64,000 bases of DNA, from NCBI RefSeq assembly GCF_002571385.2, contig NW_019217914.1, forward strand, positions 194,552-258,551, read 5' to 3'. Shown here piece after piece: positions 63,516-64,000 of this stretch. The notes beneath the pieces are model-generated. The model was given only the letters and a program-made list of their open reading frames with translations. It made no database searches and had not been told where the DNA came from. The translations under genes and the position numbers were made by a program. The first letter of the stretch is position 1. The number at the start of each line of letters is the position of its first letter. This stretch comes from Stylophora pistillata. Lineage: Eukaryota.

Positions 63516-63732
63516 ACATAAAAAAAAAGGGTTTAACAATTGGTTCATGCTTTAGCGTGCACTATTGAGTTATGGAGCACGTGAGAAGTTTGGAGAGCAC
63601 GAAATAAGCGTAAGAGTTGCACGAGGCAATAGCCAAGGGTAACTCTATCTTCTTGAGTGCTCTCCAAACTTCCCACATGCTCCATAACTCGATAGTGCAC
63701 AGCTAAAAGCATGAACCAATTGTTTCATAACA
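63516..63732. repeat. Palindromic hairpin repeat, same family as 5165-5395
   Basis: acaattggttcatgcttt...ctattgagttatggagca...gtttggagagcac pairs with gtgctctccaaac...tgctccataactcgatag...aaagcatgaaccaattgt. Confidence 0.7.
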
Positions 63733-64000
63733 TAGCTGGTGGAATTGTGCATCAAATCCGACGCGAAAAACAGACAACAGTAGCAGAAGTCTCCTTTTCT
63801 GTTGTTTTTCTCTATTTTTGCCTTATTTAAGAACTCTAGCCCGAGGGAAAAGGTCGGAAAATTGTCTTTGTTTTGGGACTGGTGGGTTGAGTCTCTGTTT
63901 GTATCCATTATTGTTGCAAAATATATTATTTTCTCACGCTAACAATGGCTGCTCGCGCGAAAAAAAATTCTGGCAAAGCGATTTGCTCACGCTATCAGCG

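Overview
AT-rich, intron-rich animal DNA with four N-gaps. The repeat families and gene set suggest a cnidarian, probably a stony coral (inference). Host genes, left to right: last exon of sarcosine dehydrogenase (+); a spliced orphan nuclear receptor (-); a single-exon PH-domain gene (+); a 1152-aa P1B-2 (Zn/Cd-type) heavy-metal ATPase encoded in one exon, with a plant HMA2/3/4-like CCxxE metal-binding domain and a long Cys-pair-rich N-terminus (-); syntaxin-6 (+, middle exons missing at a gap beside a ~1.06-kb fold-back); a KIAA1614-like PDZ protein (+); and the 3' six exons of WDR47 (-). Non-coding space holds nested mobile DNA: a Penelope GIY-YIG insertion forming a 678-bp inverted repeat inside an L2/CR1 LINE, an AcademH-like TIR element with a RecQ helicase fragment, an ISL2EU-like THAP/SAP remnant, BEL/Pao and LINE relics, and several MITEs. 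Reading the sequence directly shows a set of minimal type I hammerhead ribozymes: four with intact cores (6678+, 26470-, 27660+, 60108-; the last has a compensatory U3-A8 core) and two decayed copies. The most notable items are the Zn/Cd P1B-2 ATPase in an animal and the hammerhead-bearing palindromic elements. Exon coordinates were read by hand from GT-AG sites and frame continuity.
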